From Eledone cirrhosa (Eukaryota): DNA of 64,000 bases. The first letter of the stretch is position 1; every line of letters starts with the position of its first letter. The notes under the pieces were generated by a model. It ran no database searches, was not told the origin of the DNA, and saw only the letters and a list, made by a program, of their open reading frames with translations. The position numbers and the translations under genes were made by a program. The DNA lies in assembly GCA_964016885.1 (NCBI GenBank), contig OZ024741.1:361832001-361896000 (forward strand), read 5' to 3'. This document shows positions 14,272-28,267 of this stretch, in pieces.

Positions 14272-16170
14272 ATCATCATCATCATCATCATCAACGTTTA
14301 ACGTCCGTGTTCCACGCTTGCATGGGTTTGGACGGGGGTAGTCCCACTTGAGGCAAGAGTGATTGTCTTGCTCGCATAGGACTGTCTGGCAGGTTTTCTA
14401 CAGTTGGATGCCCTTCCTAACACCAACCACATTTACAGTGTGGGTCTGGGAGGTTTTTACCGTGTTGCCTACACGGCCACATTACAGCGTGGACTGTGTG
14501 TTTTTTTGTCGTGACACCTACACGATCTCATTTGTTTCGGCCTGGATGGCGCGGCACCAACATAACTTTACATAGAACGGGGTGGTGTGGATCGGGTGGG
14601 GGTGGTGGTGGTGGGACGGGGTGTATTTTGTTAGAGATGCCTACTGGCTGGAGTAGGTTTTACTATATATTTAGGTAAGGCGGGTCTTCTCTGTTACTGA
14701 GTACCGCCAAAGGTCTCGGTCCAGTGACATTGTCTTGGAGAGGTGTAAGTGTGTGATGTCGGAGTTTATCAGCTCGTCCCAGGTTTTTCTAGGTCTGCCT
14801 ATTCCGTGACTACCGTCTATCTTTATTGCCCTGCACTTTGTTATACAGCTATCGACTTTCATGCGCATCACGTGTCCATACCAACGTAGCCTTCTCTCGA
14901 GTAAACAACATCTGATCCCTCTTATCTCTAATTTTTTCCTTAGTTCGTTTATGCTTTGCCGTTCACGTATATTACTGTTACACATCCAGCGGAGCATGCA
15001 AGCTTCGTTCCTCTCTAGTCTGCGTATATCCTCTGCACACAATGCCCAGGTCTCACTGCCATGCAGCATTACTGTTCGTATGCAGGCATCGTACAACCTG
15101 CCTTTCATTTTTAGTGAGAACCCTTTAGCAGCTAATAGTGGTATAAGCTCTCTGAACTTTTTCCAACCAGTTCTGACTCTAGCTACAGTACTTTCAGAGC
15201 ACCCTCCCCCACTGCTGATTTTATCGCCCAGGTAACGGAAGCTGTCCACTATTTCTATAGAACCCTCTGCGCAATTGAAAGAGCTAGTAGTTTGTGGGCA
15301 CTTGCTGCTACTTATTGCACCAGAGCACCGGCCACATGTAAAATCTATGTTCTTAGTTAGCTTACCTGTGATCCCACTACATCTTTTATGCACCCATACT
15401 TTGCATTTAGGACATAAAATGGAGTTTCTACCTACGCCTTTCCTACACACCGAGCACGACCATTTCTCAGAAGGGACCGCCGCCTTGTTTTCTTTCCTAC
15501 AAACTAGAACTTTGGTCTTAGCCAGGTTAATTTTAAGTCCTTTTGACTCTAGGCCGTGCTTCCATGTTTGGAATTTCTTCTCTAGCTCGGCCATTGATTC
15601 CGCTATGAGTGTCAGGTCGTCTGCGTATAGGAGTTCCCATGGGCAGCCTGTCTTGAACTCCTCTGTTATAGCCTGAAGGGCAATAATAAATAGTAGTGGG
15701 CTGAGAACAGAGCCCTGATGGACGCCAACTTTTACGCTAAACTCTTCACTATATTCGTTGTTAATTCTAACCTTGCTGACTGTTTCTTTATACATGGCTT
15801 GTATAGCCCTCACAAGCCATTCGTCAACGCCTAGTTTTCTAAGAGCCCACCAGATAATGGAGCGGGGGACTCTGTCGAAGGCTTTCTCCAAGTCGACAAA
15901 AGCTAAGTAGAGGGGTTTACCTTTAGCTAGGTACTTCTCCTGTAGTTGTCGTACAATGAAAAGAGCGTCTGTGGTACTTTTGCCTGACACAAACCCGAAC
16001 TGCATTTCATCTAGGTCAATTCTCTCTCTGATTAGTTGCGCTATTACTTTTTCCGTGACCTTCATGACCTGGTCGATTAATTTAATGCCTCTATAGTTAC
16101 TCCTATCTAGGGCGTCTCCTTTACCCTTATAACAGTTAACGATGATGCTGCTATGCCAGTCCTTCGGAAC
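14272..16170 (-). mobile_element. RTE family A, 5'-truncated; uninterrupted 464-aa RT/PHD/C-terminal ORF (14671-16065)
   Basis: ORF track; complete 3' UTR and (GAT)n tail. Confidence 0.95.
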
Positions 16171-16614
16171 AAGATATATTTATCGGATATATTTATCTAA
16201 AAACTTTCCATCATAATTTTATGTAAGAACCATTTTAAAATTATACTTCAAACACCGGCTTAATAATGCAGATCTGCCAACCTCTAAAAATCCAAACGGA
16301 GAATACCATGAAAAAAACAGTGCCTCAAAACGGGGAGAAATGAGGCAAAATGGGGGAGATTTTACATAATGAAAGCTATACCCATTTTCACAAGAGAAAA
16401 CATCTCTCACCCAGCTCAAAGTGGGTGGGAGATCTCAATGTCGGACGGGGAAAGTTGGCAGGTATGATAATGAAAAAAATATTTTACTAAACCTTTCAAA
16501 TTTCTGATTATTTTCATTAGAAATATGGTAATAAAAGGGTAAGCTTTTGAAATGATAAAAAATACTAAAAGATTTTGTAGAATAACAAATTTTCAACTCA
16601 ATAATAATTTCATA

Positions 16615-17215
16615 AGTACAAAGCAAGGAATTTAGGGCTGAGAACACTTGATTATATAATCCTACCCCAGTATTTGACTGGTACATTATTTCATTAGCCT
16701 CAGCAGGATTTGAACTCAGAATGTAAAGAGCTAGAACAAATATTGCAAGGCATTTTTATCCAATGTTCTAATGATTCTGCTAATCCATTGTACTTGTTTC
16801 TAAAACAGGTACAAAGCAAGAAATATAGAGGAAGGGAGCAGAAGATTATATCAATCTTTAGAATTTGACTGGTATTTTATTTTATTGATCTCAAAAGGAT
16901 GGAAGGCAAAGTTGACTGTGGCAAAATTTGAACTTAGAACACAATGAACTGGAACAAATACAAGGCATTTTCATGATCTGATGATTCTTCTTTCTCACAT
17001 AAGCACAAAACCAAGAATTGTGGGGAGGGAACAATTGATTATATCACCTCTTCCTGCCCAATACTTGGCTAGTTCTTTATTTTATTGAGCTCGGAAGGAT
17101 GAAGGACAATGTTGACCATAGCCAGATTTGAACTCAGAAAGTAAAAAGTTGGAACAAGTACCATTAGGTATTTTTGTCTGATACTCTAACGATTTTTCGT
17201 ACCCACCAGCCCAAC
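16615..17215 (-). mobile_element. Three tandem decayed tRNA-derived SINEs (family S2)
   Basis: Repeated ccagt..tgactggta..ttattga..aaggatgaaggc..gttgac..gatttgaactcagaa; the minus strand gives B box gagttcaaatc. Confidence 0.7.
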
Positions 17216-17509
17216 TTTCAACTTAATAATAGAAGACATATGTTTAACCTATTGGAATCAAATATTATCTTTCATATAATAATTAGATTTCAGTCCAAGA
17301 TTTGAATTTACGTTTGAACAACGGATATATAAGGATGATTGGATTGTGATAGAGTTAATACTTCTTTTTACCATATTTCTAATGAAAGACACTGCCAATG
17401 ATTTTCAAATTGTTTTGAAAATAATAAAGAATTTGTAAGGATTAGTAAATACTAGCAGAATGGCCCGGCGTTGCTCGGGATTTGCTCTAGGGTTCTTATA
17501 TATTTGATA

Positions 17510-20500
17510 TATCATCATCATCATCATCGTTTAACATCCATATTCCACGCTTGCATGGGTTTGGACGGGAGTTTTCCCACTTGAGGCAAGAGTGGTTGTC
17601 TTGCTCACATAGGACTGTCTGGCGGGTTTTCTACAGCTGGATGCCCTTCCTAACACCAACCACATTTATAGTGTGGAAGTGGGAGGTTTTTACCGTGTTA
17701 CCTACACGGCCACATTACAGCGTGGACTGTGTGTTTTTTTGTCGTGACACCTACACGACCTCATTTGTTTCGGGCTGGATGTTGTGGTACCAACATAACT
17801 TTACATTGAAAGGGGTGGTGTAGATGGGGTGGGGGTAGTGGGACGGGGTGTATTTTGTTAGAGGTGCCTACTGACTGTAGTAGGTTTCACTTTGTACTTA
17901 GGTAAGGAGAGGTGTAAGTGTGTGAGGTCGGAATTTATCAAGTCGTCCCAGGTTTTTCTGGGTCTGCCTAATCCGTGGCTACCGTCTATTTTTATTGCCC
18001 TGCACTTTTTTATACAGCTGTCATCTTTCATGTGCATCATGTGACCATACCAACGTAGTCTTCTCTCGAGTAAACAACATCTGATCCCTCTTATTTTTAA
18101 TTTTTCCCTTAGTTCGTTTATGCTTTGCCGTTCACGTATATTACTATTACACATCCAGCGGAGCATGCAAGCTTCGTTCCTCTCCAGTCTGCGTATATCC
18201 TCTGCACACAATGCCCAGGTCTCACTGCCATGCAACATTGCTGTTCATATGCAGGCATCATACAGCCTGCCTTTCATTTTTAGGGAGAACCCTTTAGCGG
18301 CTAATAGTGGTATAAGCTCTCTGAACTTTTTCCATCCAGTTCTGACTCTAGCTACTGTACTTTCAGAGCACCCTCCCCCACTGCTGATTATGTCACCCAG
18401 GTAACGGAAGCTGTCCACTATTTCTATAGAACCATCTGTGCAATGGAGTGAGCTAGTATTTGTGGGCACTTGCTGCTGCTAATTGCACCAGAGCACCGGC
18501 CACATATAAAATCTATGTTCTTAGTTAGCTTACCTGTGATCCCACTACATCTTTTATGCACCCATACTTTGCATTTGGGACATAAAATGGAGTTTCTACC
18601 TACTCCTTTCCTACACACTGAGCATGGCCATTTCCCGGATGGGACCGGCACCCTATTTTGCTTCCTACAAACTAGAACTTTAGTCTTAGACAGGTTAATT
18701 TTAAGGCCTTTTGATTCTAGGCCATGCTTCCATGTTTGGAATTTCTTCTCTAGTTCGGCCATTGATTCAGCTATGAGCGTTAGATCATCTTCGTATAGGA
18801 GTTCCCATGAGCAGCCAGTCTTGAACTCCACTGTTATAGCCTGAAGGGCAATAATAAATAGTAGGGGGCTAAGAACGGAGCCCTGATCAACACCGACTTT
18901 TACGCTAAACTCTTCACTATATTCATTGTTAATTCTAACCTTGCTGACTGTTTCTTTATACATGGCTTGTATAGCTCTCACAAGCCATTCATCAACACCT
19001 AGTTTTCTAAGAGCCCACCAGATAATGGAACGGAGGACTCTGTCGAAGGCTTTCTCCAAGTCGACAAAAGCTAAGTATAGGGGTTTACTTTTAGCTAGGT
19101 ACTTCTTCTGCAGTTGTCGTACAATGAAAAGAGCGTCTGTGGTACTTTTACCTGACACAAACCCGAACTGCATTTCATCCAGATCAATTTGCTCTCTGGT
19201 TAGTTGCGCTATTACTTTTTCTGTGACCTTCATGACCTGGTCGATTAATTTAATGCCTCTATAGTTACTCCTATCTAGGGCATCTCCTTTACCCTTGTAG
19301 CAGTTAATGATGATGCTGCTACGCCAGTCCTTCGGAACAACCCCATTCTGTATGGCTTGGTTTACTATACGGGTGACCATGGTGTGACCCACAGCTCCAG
19401 AAGCTTTCAGCATTTCAGCAACTATTTCCGAAGGCCCAGCTGCCTTACCCGTCTTCATATCTTTGATTGCCTTACTTATTATACGACCTTTGACTAACAC
19501 TGCTGGTCCCTCTATTGGGTCGATGTGGGGGAGACTGTCTTTCTCCCATTTATTCTCCTCATTTAGTAGCCTTTCGTAGTGACACTTCCAAGCTACCTTC
19601 TTATCAGCGTCAGTGATGACAAGTACACCATCATCATTAAGGACACACTTCTCCCCGACAATATCACGGTTTTCCTTGACACATTGCCTAGCAATCCTGA
19701 ACACCTCACGTTGTAGAACATGCTTGAACTTTCTTTCCTCTGCTTTCCTTCTTGTGAAGTACACTTGTCTTCTAGCTTCCCTCCTGGCCACTTGATAGTC
19801 TTTTCTACTTCCCCCATCCCACCATACTTTCCAAGCCTGCTTTTTGGCCTTAATTGACTCCTCCACCTTACTATTCCACCACCATGTTACTCTCCTCCTG
19901 CCTATAGGCCTGCTCCAGCCACAGACTTCGTCTACCGCCATCAGCAGGTTTGCTTTCAGGAATTCCCACTGTTCCTCTATATTGTACGACTCTAAATGCT
20001 CTTCCTTACTGTCGAAAGCATCAAGTAATATGCTTTTAAATTTATTTCTGGCTGTGGGGTCCTTTAGCTTCCATATTTTTCTCCTGAGGATAGTCCTCTT
20101 CTGCTGTCGAGTACGTCTCGTCCTGACTATGAGGTCGCTAATTATCAGTCTATGTTGGGAGGTGCATTCTTCATGGGGGAGGGATTTAGTGTTTACAACA
20201 GACACTCTGTCACGTCTTCTGGTAAGGATATAATCTACCTGGCTGGTCCCCCGATCTGTAGGTGATCAAGTGATTGTCTCGTTTTTTGAAGTTAGTGTTA
20301 CAGATAGTTAGGTTATTTGCATCACAGAATTCCAGGATTCTGGATCCTTCCTCATTTCTAGTACCAAACCCATAGCCTCCGTGGATTCCGTCATAACCGT
20401 CACAATGTTGTCCAACGTGACCATTTAGGTCGCCAGCAATAATTATATAGTCACTGTCGGTTATTTGGGAGGTAGTGAGCATCAGTGTCTCATAGAATCT

Positions 20501-20978
20501 ATCTTTTATAGCGCCAGGCAGTCCGGATTGGGGTGCGTACGCAGATATTACTGTCACAGTAGTTCTATTTAGAACAAGTCTTATTTTAATTATTCTGTCA
20601 TTCACTCTATTTAGGTCTATTATCTTATCCACCCATTTTTCTGCTAACATGATTCCTACCCCACCTATCCCATTGTCCTTTCCCACCCAGAAAAGCTTAT
20701 AGCATCGTTGTTTTACCCACAATGAATCTAGCAGACCCGCCCCTCCACCTGGTCTCTTGGATACAGCAAACATCAACCTCCTTACGTTCAAGCATTTCTA
20801 CAACCTCGTTAGAGCGGTCTTTTAAGGTGCCTACATTCATGGTACCAACTCTGAAGTTTTGGATTGCGTTTGGTGGGTGAGGCGCCGGAAGGGGTGAGGG
20901 GGATGGGGTTGGGGTTATGTTGGCCATCCGCGGCCGCAACAAAGAAGAGGGGGCCTTGCCCTTTCGTCCGGCAGCATG
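17510..20978 (-). mobile_element. RTE family A, near full length, frameshifted
   Basis: ORF pieces 20697-20942, 20210-20791, 18424-20205, 18245-18469 and 17858-18238 cover APE (CIQETRW, AGDLNGH), RT (here YEDD), PHD and C-terminus; (GAT)n tail. Confidence 0.95.
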
Positions 20979-21045
20979 AGGTGATATATTTATCCTTATC
21001 GAGTCTCGTGAAATAAATACGTTTGTTTATATTTTGTTATTGTGT

Positions 21046-22482
21046 CACACTATAACCACACATATTGTTAACCAGGTAATACTAGAAGGTGTCATACCAA
21101 AGGATTGGTGCAGTAGCATCATTGTCAACTACTACAAAGGTAAAGGTGATGCACTAGATAGAGGAAACTATACAGGTACAAACTATAGAAGTATAAAGCT
21201 GATGGACCAGGTCATGAAAGTAACAGAAAGAGTTATAGCACAGTTGATTAGGGACCGGGTGAAACTAGATGAGATGCAATTTGGGTTTGTACCAGGAAGA
21301 GGCACCACTGATGCCCTCTTCCTTGTGAGGCAGTTACAGGAAAAGTACCTAGCTAAAAGAAAGCCACTCTACCTGGCATTCGTCGATCTTGAGAAAGCCT
21401 TTGACAGAGTTCAACGTGCTATAATCTGGTGGGCTCTTAGAAAACTAGGAGTAGATGAATGGCTTGTGAAAGCTGTACAAGCCATGTATAAGGGAGCAGT
21501 CAGCAAAGTTAGGATTAGCAATGAGTATAACGAGGAATTTAGCGTACAGGTCGGTGTCCATCTGTTCATCATAGTCCTGTAGGCAATAACGGAGGAGTTT
21601 AAGACCGGATGCCCATGGGAACTCCTGTATGCAGATGACCTTGCACTTATAGCTGAATCTATGGTAGAACTAGAGAATAAATTCCAAACTTGGAAGCAGG
21701 AACTAGAAAGAAAGGGTCTCAAAGTCAACCTGACAAAGACTAAGGTCCTTGTAAGTAGATGAGAAAACAGAACCCAGATCCCCTCAGGGAAATGGCCTTG
21801 CTCAGTATGTAGGAAAGGTGTAGGTAGGAACTCTATTCTCTGCCCCAAATGCAAACAATGGGTACACAAGAGATGTAGTGGGATCTCAGGAAGCTTAACT
21901 AAGAATGTAGGCTTCACATGTAGCAGCTGTGCTGGTACAGCAAGCAGCAAACAGCCACAGGAAACAAGTACCACCAATCTCTAGGAGGGCGCTGTAGAAA
22001 CAGTAGACAGCTTCTGCTACCTAGGTGACCGAATTAGCAGCAGAGGTAGGTGTTCAGAAAGTACAATAACTAGGGTAAGAACGGGATGGAAGAAGTTCAG
22101 GGAGCTACTGCCACTGCTAGCTGCAAAAGGCTTTTCTCTCAAAATGAAAAGCAGACCGTATGATGCGTGTATACGAACAGCAATGTTACATGGTAGTGAG
22201 ACCTGGGCGCTGAAGGTGGAAGACTTACGTAGATTAGAAAGAAACGAAGCCTGCATGCTCCGATGGATGTGTAACAGTAATATATGCGAACGGCAACCAG
22301 CACTCACTGAGGTTGGTGTTAGGAAGGGCATCCAGCTGTAGAAATCAAGCCAGAATCAGTTCCTGTATGAACAAGACAAGGGCAGCTGACCTGACACTGC
22401 CCACAACAGGACAACCCGTCTAACCCATGCTAGCGTGGAAGAACAGACGTAAAACAGTGATGATGATGATGACGATGATGAT
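21046..22482 (+). mobile_element. RTE family B, 5'-truncated with internal deletions, nested in an unclassified repeat
   Basis: RT and PHD fragments, jump to the 3' UTR near 22295. The flanks rejoin as ttattgtgt|atgcaaaaatatctgtacacg, as seen uninterrupted at 24520-24555. Confidence 0.9.
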
Positions 22483-22513
22483 GTGAATGCAAAAATATCT
22501 GTACACGAATATA

Positions 22514-22562
<49 letters not shown>

Positions 22563-22564
<2 letters not shown>

Positions 22565-24285
22565 ATGGACCAGGTCATGAAAGTAACAGAAAGAGTTATA
22601 GCACAGCTGATTAGGGACCGGGTGAATATAGACGAGATGCAATTTGGGTTTGTACCAGGGAGAGGCACCACTGATGCCCTCTTCCTTGTGAGGCAATTAC
22701 AGGAAAAGTACCTAGCTAAAAGTAAGCCACTCTACTTGGCATTTGTCGACCTTGAGAAAGCCTTTGACAGAGTTCCACGTGCAGTAATCTGATGGGCTCT
22801 TAGAAAACTAGGAGTAGATGAATGGCTTGTGAAAGCGGTACAAGCCATGTATAGGGGAGCAGTCAGCAAAGTTAGGATTAGCAATGAGTATAGCGAGGAA
22901 TTTAGCGTACAGGTTGGGGTCCACCAGGGCTCTGTTCTTAGCCCTCTCCTGTTCATCATAGTCCTGCAGGCAATAACGGAGGAGTTTAAGACCGGATGCC
23001 CATGGGAACTCCTGTATGCTGATGACCTCACACTCATAGCTGAATCTATGGTAGAACTAGAGAATAAATTCCAAACCTGGAAGCAGGGACTAGAGAGAAA
23101 GGGCCTCAAAGTCAACATGACAAAGACTAAGGTCCTTGTACGTAGACGAGAAAACAGAACCCAGATCCCCTCAGGGAAATGGCCTTGCTCAGTATGTAGG
23201 AAAGGTGTAGGTAGGAACTCCATTCTCTGCCCCAAATGCAAACAATGGGTACACAAGAGATGTAGCGGGATCTCAGGAAGCTTAATTAAGAATGTAGGAT
23301 TCACATGCAGCAGCTGTGCTGAAACAGCAAGCAAACAGCCACAGGAAACAAGTACCACCAATCTCTGGGAGGGCCCTGTAGAAACAGTAGACAGCTTCTG
23401 CTACCTAGGTGACCGAATTAGCAACGGAGGTGGGTGCTCAGAAAGTACAATAACTAGGGTAAGAACGGGATGGAAGAAGTTTAGGGAACTACTACCACTG
23501 CTAGCTGCAAAAGGCTTCTCCCTCAGAATGAAAGGCAGACTGTATGATGCGTGTATCCGAACAGCAATGTTGCATGGTAGTGAGACCTGGGCGCTGAAGG
23601 TGGAAGACTTACGTAGATTAGAGAGAAACGAAGCCTGCATACTCCGATGGATGTGTAACAGTAATATACGTGAACGACAAAGCATAAAGGAATTGAGAGA
23701 GAGACTGAGCATAAGAGGAATCAAATGCTGCGTGCAGGAGAGGCGGTTACGCTGGTATGGACATGTGATGCGTATGAAGGATGACAGCTGCATAAAAAGG
23801 TGCAGAGCACTAGAAGTTGATGGAAACCGCGGAGTGGGGAGACCCAAGATGACTTGGGATGAGGTGATAAAAGCCGACCTTACCCAACTACACCTCTCAA
23901 AGACAATGACACACGACCGTGACTTCTGGCGTCACGCAGTAATACAGGGTACCCGACCTCCCATGGGTACATGCTGAAGCATATAAACAATATGCCCCCA
24001 CTCCCCCCACCGCAAGGTGGTCGTGGAGGTGCCACGGCAAAAAAGCACCCAGCCCACACTGTAAAGTGGACGTGTAGGCGCCACGAAAAAGCACCCAGCA
24101 CTCACTGTAAATGAGGTTGGTGTTAGGAGGGGCATCCAGCTGTAGAAATCAAGCCAAAATCAGTTCCTGTATGAGCAAGGCATGGTCAGCCGACCAGACA
24201 CTGCCCACAACAGGACAACCCGTCTAACCCATGCTAGCGTGGAAGAACGGACGTAAAACGGTGATGATGATGATGATGATGATGA
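22563..24285 (+). mobile_element. RTE family B, 5'-truncated, one premature TGA at about 22790
   Basis: ORFs 22562-22792 and 22829-23977 are in the same frame; (TA)n on both sides. Confidence 0.95.
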
Positions 24286-24295
24286 TATATATATA

Positions 24296-24568
24296 ACAGT
24301 ACAGAGAAGTACGGAATACCTTGGCCTCGGGATGGTGTCTACATTTTGTGCTTATAAGAAAAATTTGTCATAGATTACCAGAGTTTTTTTCCGTGCGAAG
24401 AAAATCAATACTTTATCGCGAAATAAATACTTTTGTTTATATTTTGTTATTGTGTATGCAAAAATGATATATAGTTATCCTTATTGAGCCGCGTGAAATA
24501 AATACGTTTGTTTATATTTTTGTTATTGTGTATGCAAAAATATCTGTACACGAATATATAATTATATA
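24296..24568. repeat. Unclassified TA-associated interspersed repeat
   Basis: aacagtacagagaagtacggaatacc...gaaataaatac..tgtttatattttgttattgtgtatgca recurs at 25679-25875, with pieces at 20980-21045 and 22484-22520. Confidence 0.75.
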
Positions 24569-24569
24569 T

Positions 24570-25316
24570 TCGCTCTTGTTCATTATAGTCCTCCAAGCCA
24601 TAACAGAGGAGTTTAAGACTCACTGTCCATGGGAACTTCTCTATGCTGACGATCTGGTTCTTATAGCAGAATCAGTAGAGGAGCTAGAGAATAAATTCTG
24701 GCTATGGAAACAGCAGTTGGAAGAAAGAGGACTGAGAGTGAACCTAGCTAAGACAAAAGTGTTGATGAGTAGAAAAGAGGACAAAACTCTGATTCCGCCA
24801 GGGAAATGGCCATGTTCGATATGCAGAAAAGGAACTGGCATAAATTCTATAAAATGCACACAATACAGATCCTGGGTACACAAGAGATGTAGCGGGATAG
24901 CAGGCAAACTAACAGGTAGGGAGAAATATGTATGCAGTAGATGTACAGGGAAATTAGACAGTAGAAGTCACATTGATAGACACATTTTTCAAATGCAGGA
25001 GAGTGCTACAGAAGTGGTGGATATCTTCTGGTACCTAGGAGATCAGATTATCATCTGCGGTGGTATGGACATGTGATGCGCATGGAGGATGACCGATGGG
25101 TGAAGAAGTGCCAGGAAATGCCAGTTGAAGGAAGACGTGGTAGAGGAAGACCACGAAAAACATGGGCGGAGGTGGTGAGAACAGACCTCAGATCGTTGAA
25201 GCTCACGGTGGAGATGACAAAGGACCGTGACGAGTGGAGATATGCTTTTTCTGAATAAGACCCGTCCCACCCTTGCAAGCAGGGAAGAGCGGACGTAAAA
25301 TGATGATGATGATGAT
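24570..25316 (+). mobile_element. RTE family C fragment with internal deletion
   Basis: CPWELLYADDLVLIAES, diverged PHD, jump to WYGHVMRMEDDRW...GRPRKTW, (GAT)n tail. Confidence 0.88.
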
Positions 25317-25317
25317 G

Positions 25318-25665
25318 GAGGCACATGGCTTAGTGGTTAGAGCATTGGCCTTGCAATCGAAAGGTTGTGAGTTCAATTCTCAGACTGGGTGATGTGTTGT
25401 TTCCTTGAGCAAGACACTTTATTTCACATTGCTCCAGTTTACTCAGCTGTAGAAATGAGATGATAGGGACTGGGGTCCCTATCATTCCACTGCAAAGTGG
25501 TTGTGGAGGTGCCACGGCAAAAAAGCACCCAGCACTCACTGTAAATGAAGTTGGTGTTAGGAAGAGCATCCAGCTGTAGAAATCAAGCCAGAATCAGTTC
25601 CCATCCCACCCTTGCAAGCAGGGAAAAAGCAGACGTAAAATGAAATGAAAAATGATGAAATGAAA
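25318..25665 (+). mobile_element. SINE S1 head joined to RTE-derived 3' tail
   Basis: A box tggcttagtggttag, B box gagttcaattc, ccttgagcaagacactt block; then family-B 3' UTR modules and the family-C terminal hairpin. Confidence 0.75.
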
Positions 25666-28267
25666 TATATATATATATAACAGTACAGAGAAGTACGGAA
25701 TACCTCGACCTTGGGATGGTGTCTACATTTTGTACTTATAAAAAAAATTTGTCATACATTACCATGGTTTTTTTCCGTGAGAAGAAAATCAATACTTTAT
25801 CACGAAATAAATACTTTTGTTTATATTTTGTTATTGTGTATGCACAAATATCTGTACACGAATACATAATTATATATATATATATATTAAAATAACAGAT
25901 TAAAGTTTAAGCAAAGAATCGCTGCTTTCACCCTTAACGGGATCTTCTGAAACTAAAATAAAAAAATCAATCTGTGAACGCAGATGTAAATATTTCGAAA
26001 AACGTTGCAACCGAAGGAAAACAGGAAGACGATACTTTGGTTCGTGAAGACGTTCCCTGGCATAAGAATATATATATATATACACACACAATATATACAT
26101 ATATAAACACACACACACTGATCGCGTCATAATGACGTAATGCAGACAGTCAGGCATACAGACAGATATTATAAGAGTGCGACGTCATATCTATGTATCT
26201 ATCTAAAAAGAGAAAGACTAAGAGAGAGAGAAAGAGATTGCTAAATCGCCTAATGCGGTCCCTAGGGCATTGAAAATTTGAAATTTCTTTTGCTCAGAAC
26301 CCTCAATAGGACCATAAGTATTACATGTGTAAAGTTTGAAAACAATCGGTTGGGTGGTTCTCGAGTTTTAGTGATTGGTCAGACAGACAAACAGACATTC
26401 TCTGTTTTAGTAATATAGATAAGTAACTTTCTCATTATTAAGCTGATGTTTCGAGCATAACAAATGTTCCTACATTAAAGTATGATGACAGGTTTTTAGA
26501 TTAATAAAATAAGTTTAGTATCAGAACCAGGGTTAGTTTTAGGTGGTTTGGTATCAAAAGGGTTAATGGGTTAACTTGATCTACAAGCCATATCTGTTGA
26601 CCCTTGTGAACCACTGGACCAATTATTATTGACCTTTAAACTTTATTTACACGAAAGAAAGAAAATGATAAGAATAGAAATATATATATTTAAGGAAGAG
26701 ATTGAAAGTTTGTACTTTAATATTTTAATGTCTCATCTAGAGCAATATAGTTGTCATGATGCCTGATAAAAGTCAGGTTGTTTTTCTTTTCTTACCAAAT
26801 AACCTAGTTCTGACTTAAAGTATTTTAATCTGTGGTACATCAACTCACTTAACCCTTCTGATACCAAATTAATTGAAACCACTTCTGGTTCTATGATGTG
26901 GTCTTGTCTGCAGGGCCCAGCCCCTTTACCATGCCATAGACCTAGAGCCCATCACCCTCACCCTTCCTCCTCTTCTGTAACACTAGAGCCCTTGCCTTGC
27001 CCTTTCTTTTTTTATATTTTCTTATTTTACATTCTATTCTTTCTTCTCAATCTATTTTTTTTTCTTTTTCTATTAAATACATTCATTACCCTGTCTGCTT
27101 GCAGAGTGCAGTTTAACATAACAAAAAACTGTTTGTTTGAAAGTGTTCATACTTGAATTCAATCATTCCATCATAATTTTATGTAAAACATTTTTTCTTA
27201 AGTAATGTTTCAAACATCAACTTAAAAATAACAAAGTTAGTTATATTACTTTATCCCAATAAATTTTTTTTTACTTTATCCCAATAAAGTTTTGATTATT
27301 TTCAAAATTAATTGAAAGTAATAATATGGTAATCTTACTCTGATCGATCGACAAGATCCCAAACCTCACTCGCTTGCCAAGTGGGGTGAACCTCGTTTAA
27401 TCGGACCAAGGAAACAATGTTTCCGTTGGTCTTTCCATTGGTGATACTATCTACCAGTTGCAACTCCTGGCAGAAGGAGCAACGTGAAATAAAGTGTCTT
27501 GCTCAAGGACACAATGCATCACCTGGTCTGAGAATTGAACTCGCAACCTCACGATTACGAATGCAACTCTCCAACCACTAAGCCCCATGCCTTCACAATA
27601 TGGTAATAAAAGGGTTACATTTTTTAAATTTTTAGTTGGTTCTTCCCTTGCCTTTGATTTAATTAAGCATAGTCTTGGTTAATTTTAAGTTACCTGTGTT
27701 TATTACATTAAGTATGTTAACTACTTATTTCACTAGAACAGAGGTTCTCAACCCCCCCCCCCCCCCCACCCACCACCACGGCCACGTAATATCCTCAGCG
27801 CCCCCCGCCACTCCTATTTCCAGAGAGACCTGCCTACACGCAAATTGTAAATAATATATAATAAATAAAATCATTAATTTATATATAATAAATAATATAA
27901 TATATACTATGTATAAATAAATATTATAGATTTTTTATTTTACTATATTTACATACAATATGTATCATTTGATATTTAGCATACTATTATATCATCTCTA
28001 CCACCCCCGCCCCAGTGCCCCCTGGACTTTCTCAATGCCCTCCAGGGGATGGTAGCACCCACTTTCAGAACTTCTTCACAAGAACAATATAGAATGGTCT
28101 GCCACCAGTTTCAACAATGAGTGTTCCAGTTGTTCAACCAATGGCGAAACCTGCTTATGAAATTAATATGTAAATGGCTAAGTATTCCATAGACACATGT
28201 GTGTTTAACCTTTAGCACACTGAATTTTTTAATGAATTGCTTCCCTTGACACTGCATTACGTATTAA

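Noticed and set aside
20942-20980. GC-rich GAAA-stem motif resembling a ribozyme half
   Set aside because: Aligns with the 5' coding region of RTE family A; no CUGANGA core.
25318-25395. tRNA gene
   Set aside because: A and B boxes are present but it runs into a SINE body, occurs as several decayed copies and has no clean cloverleaf.
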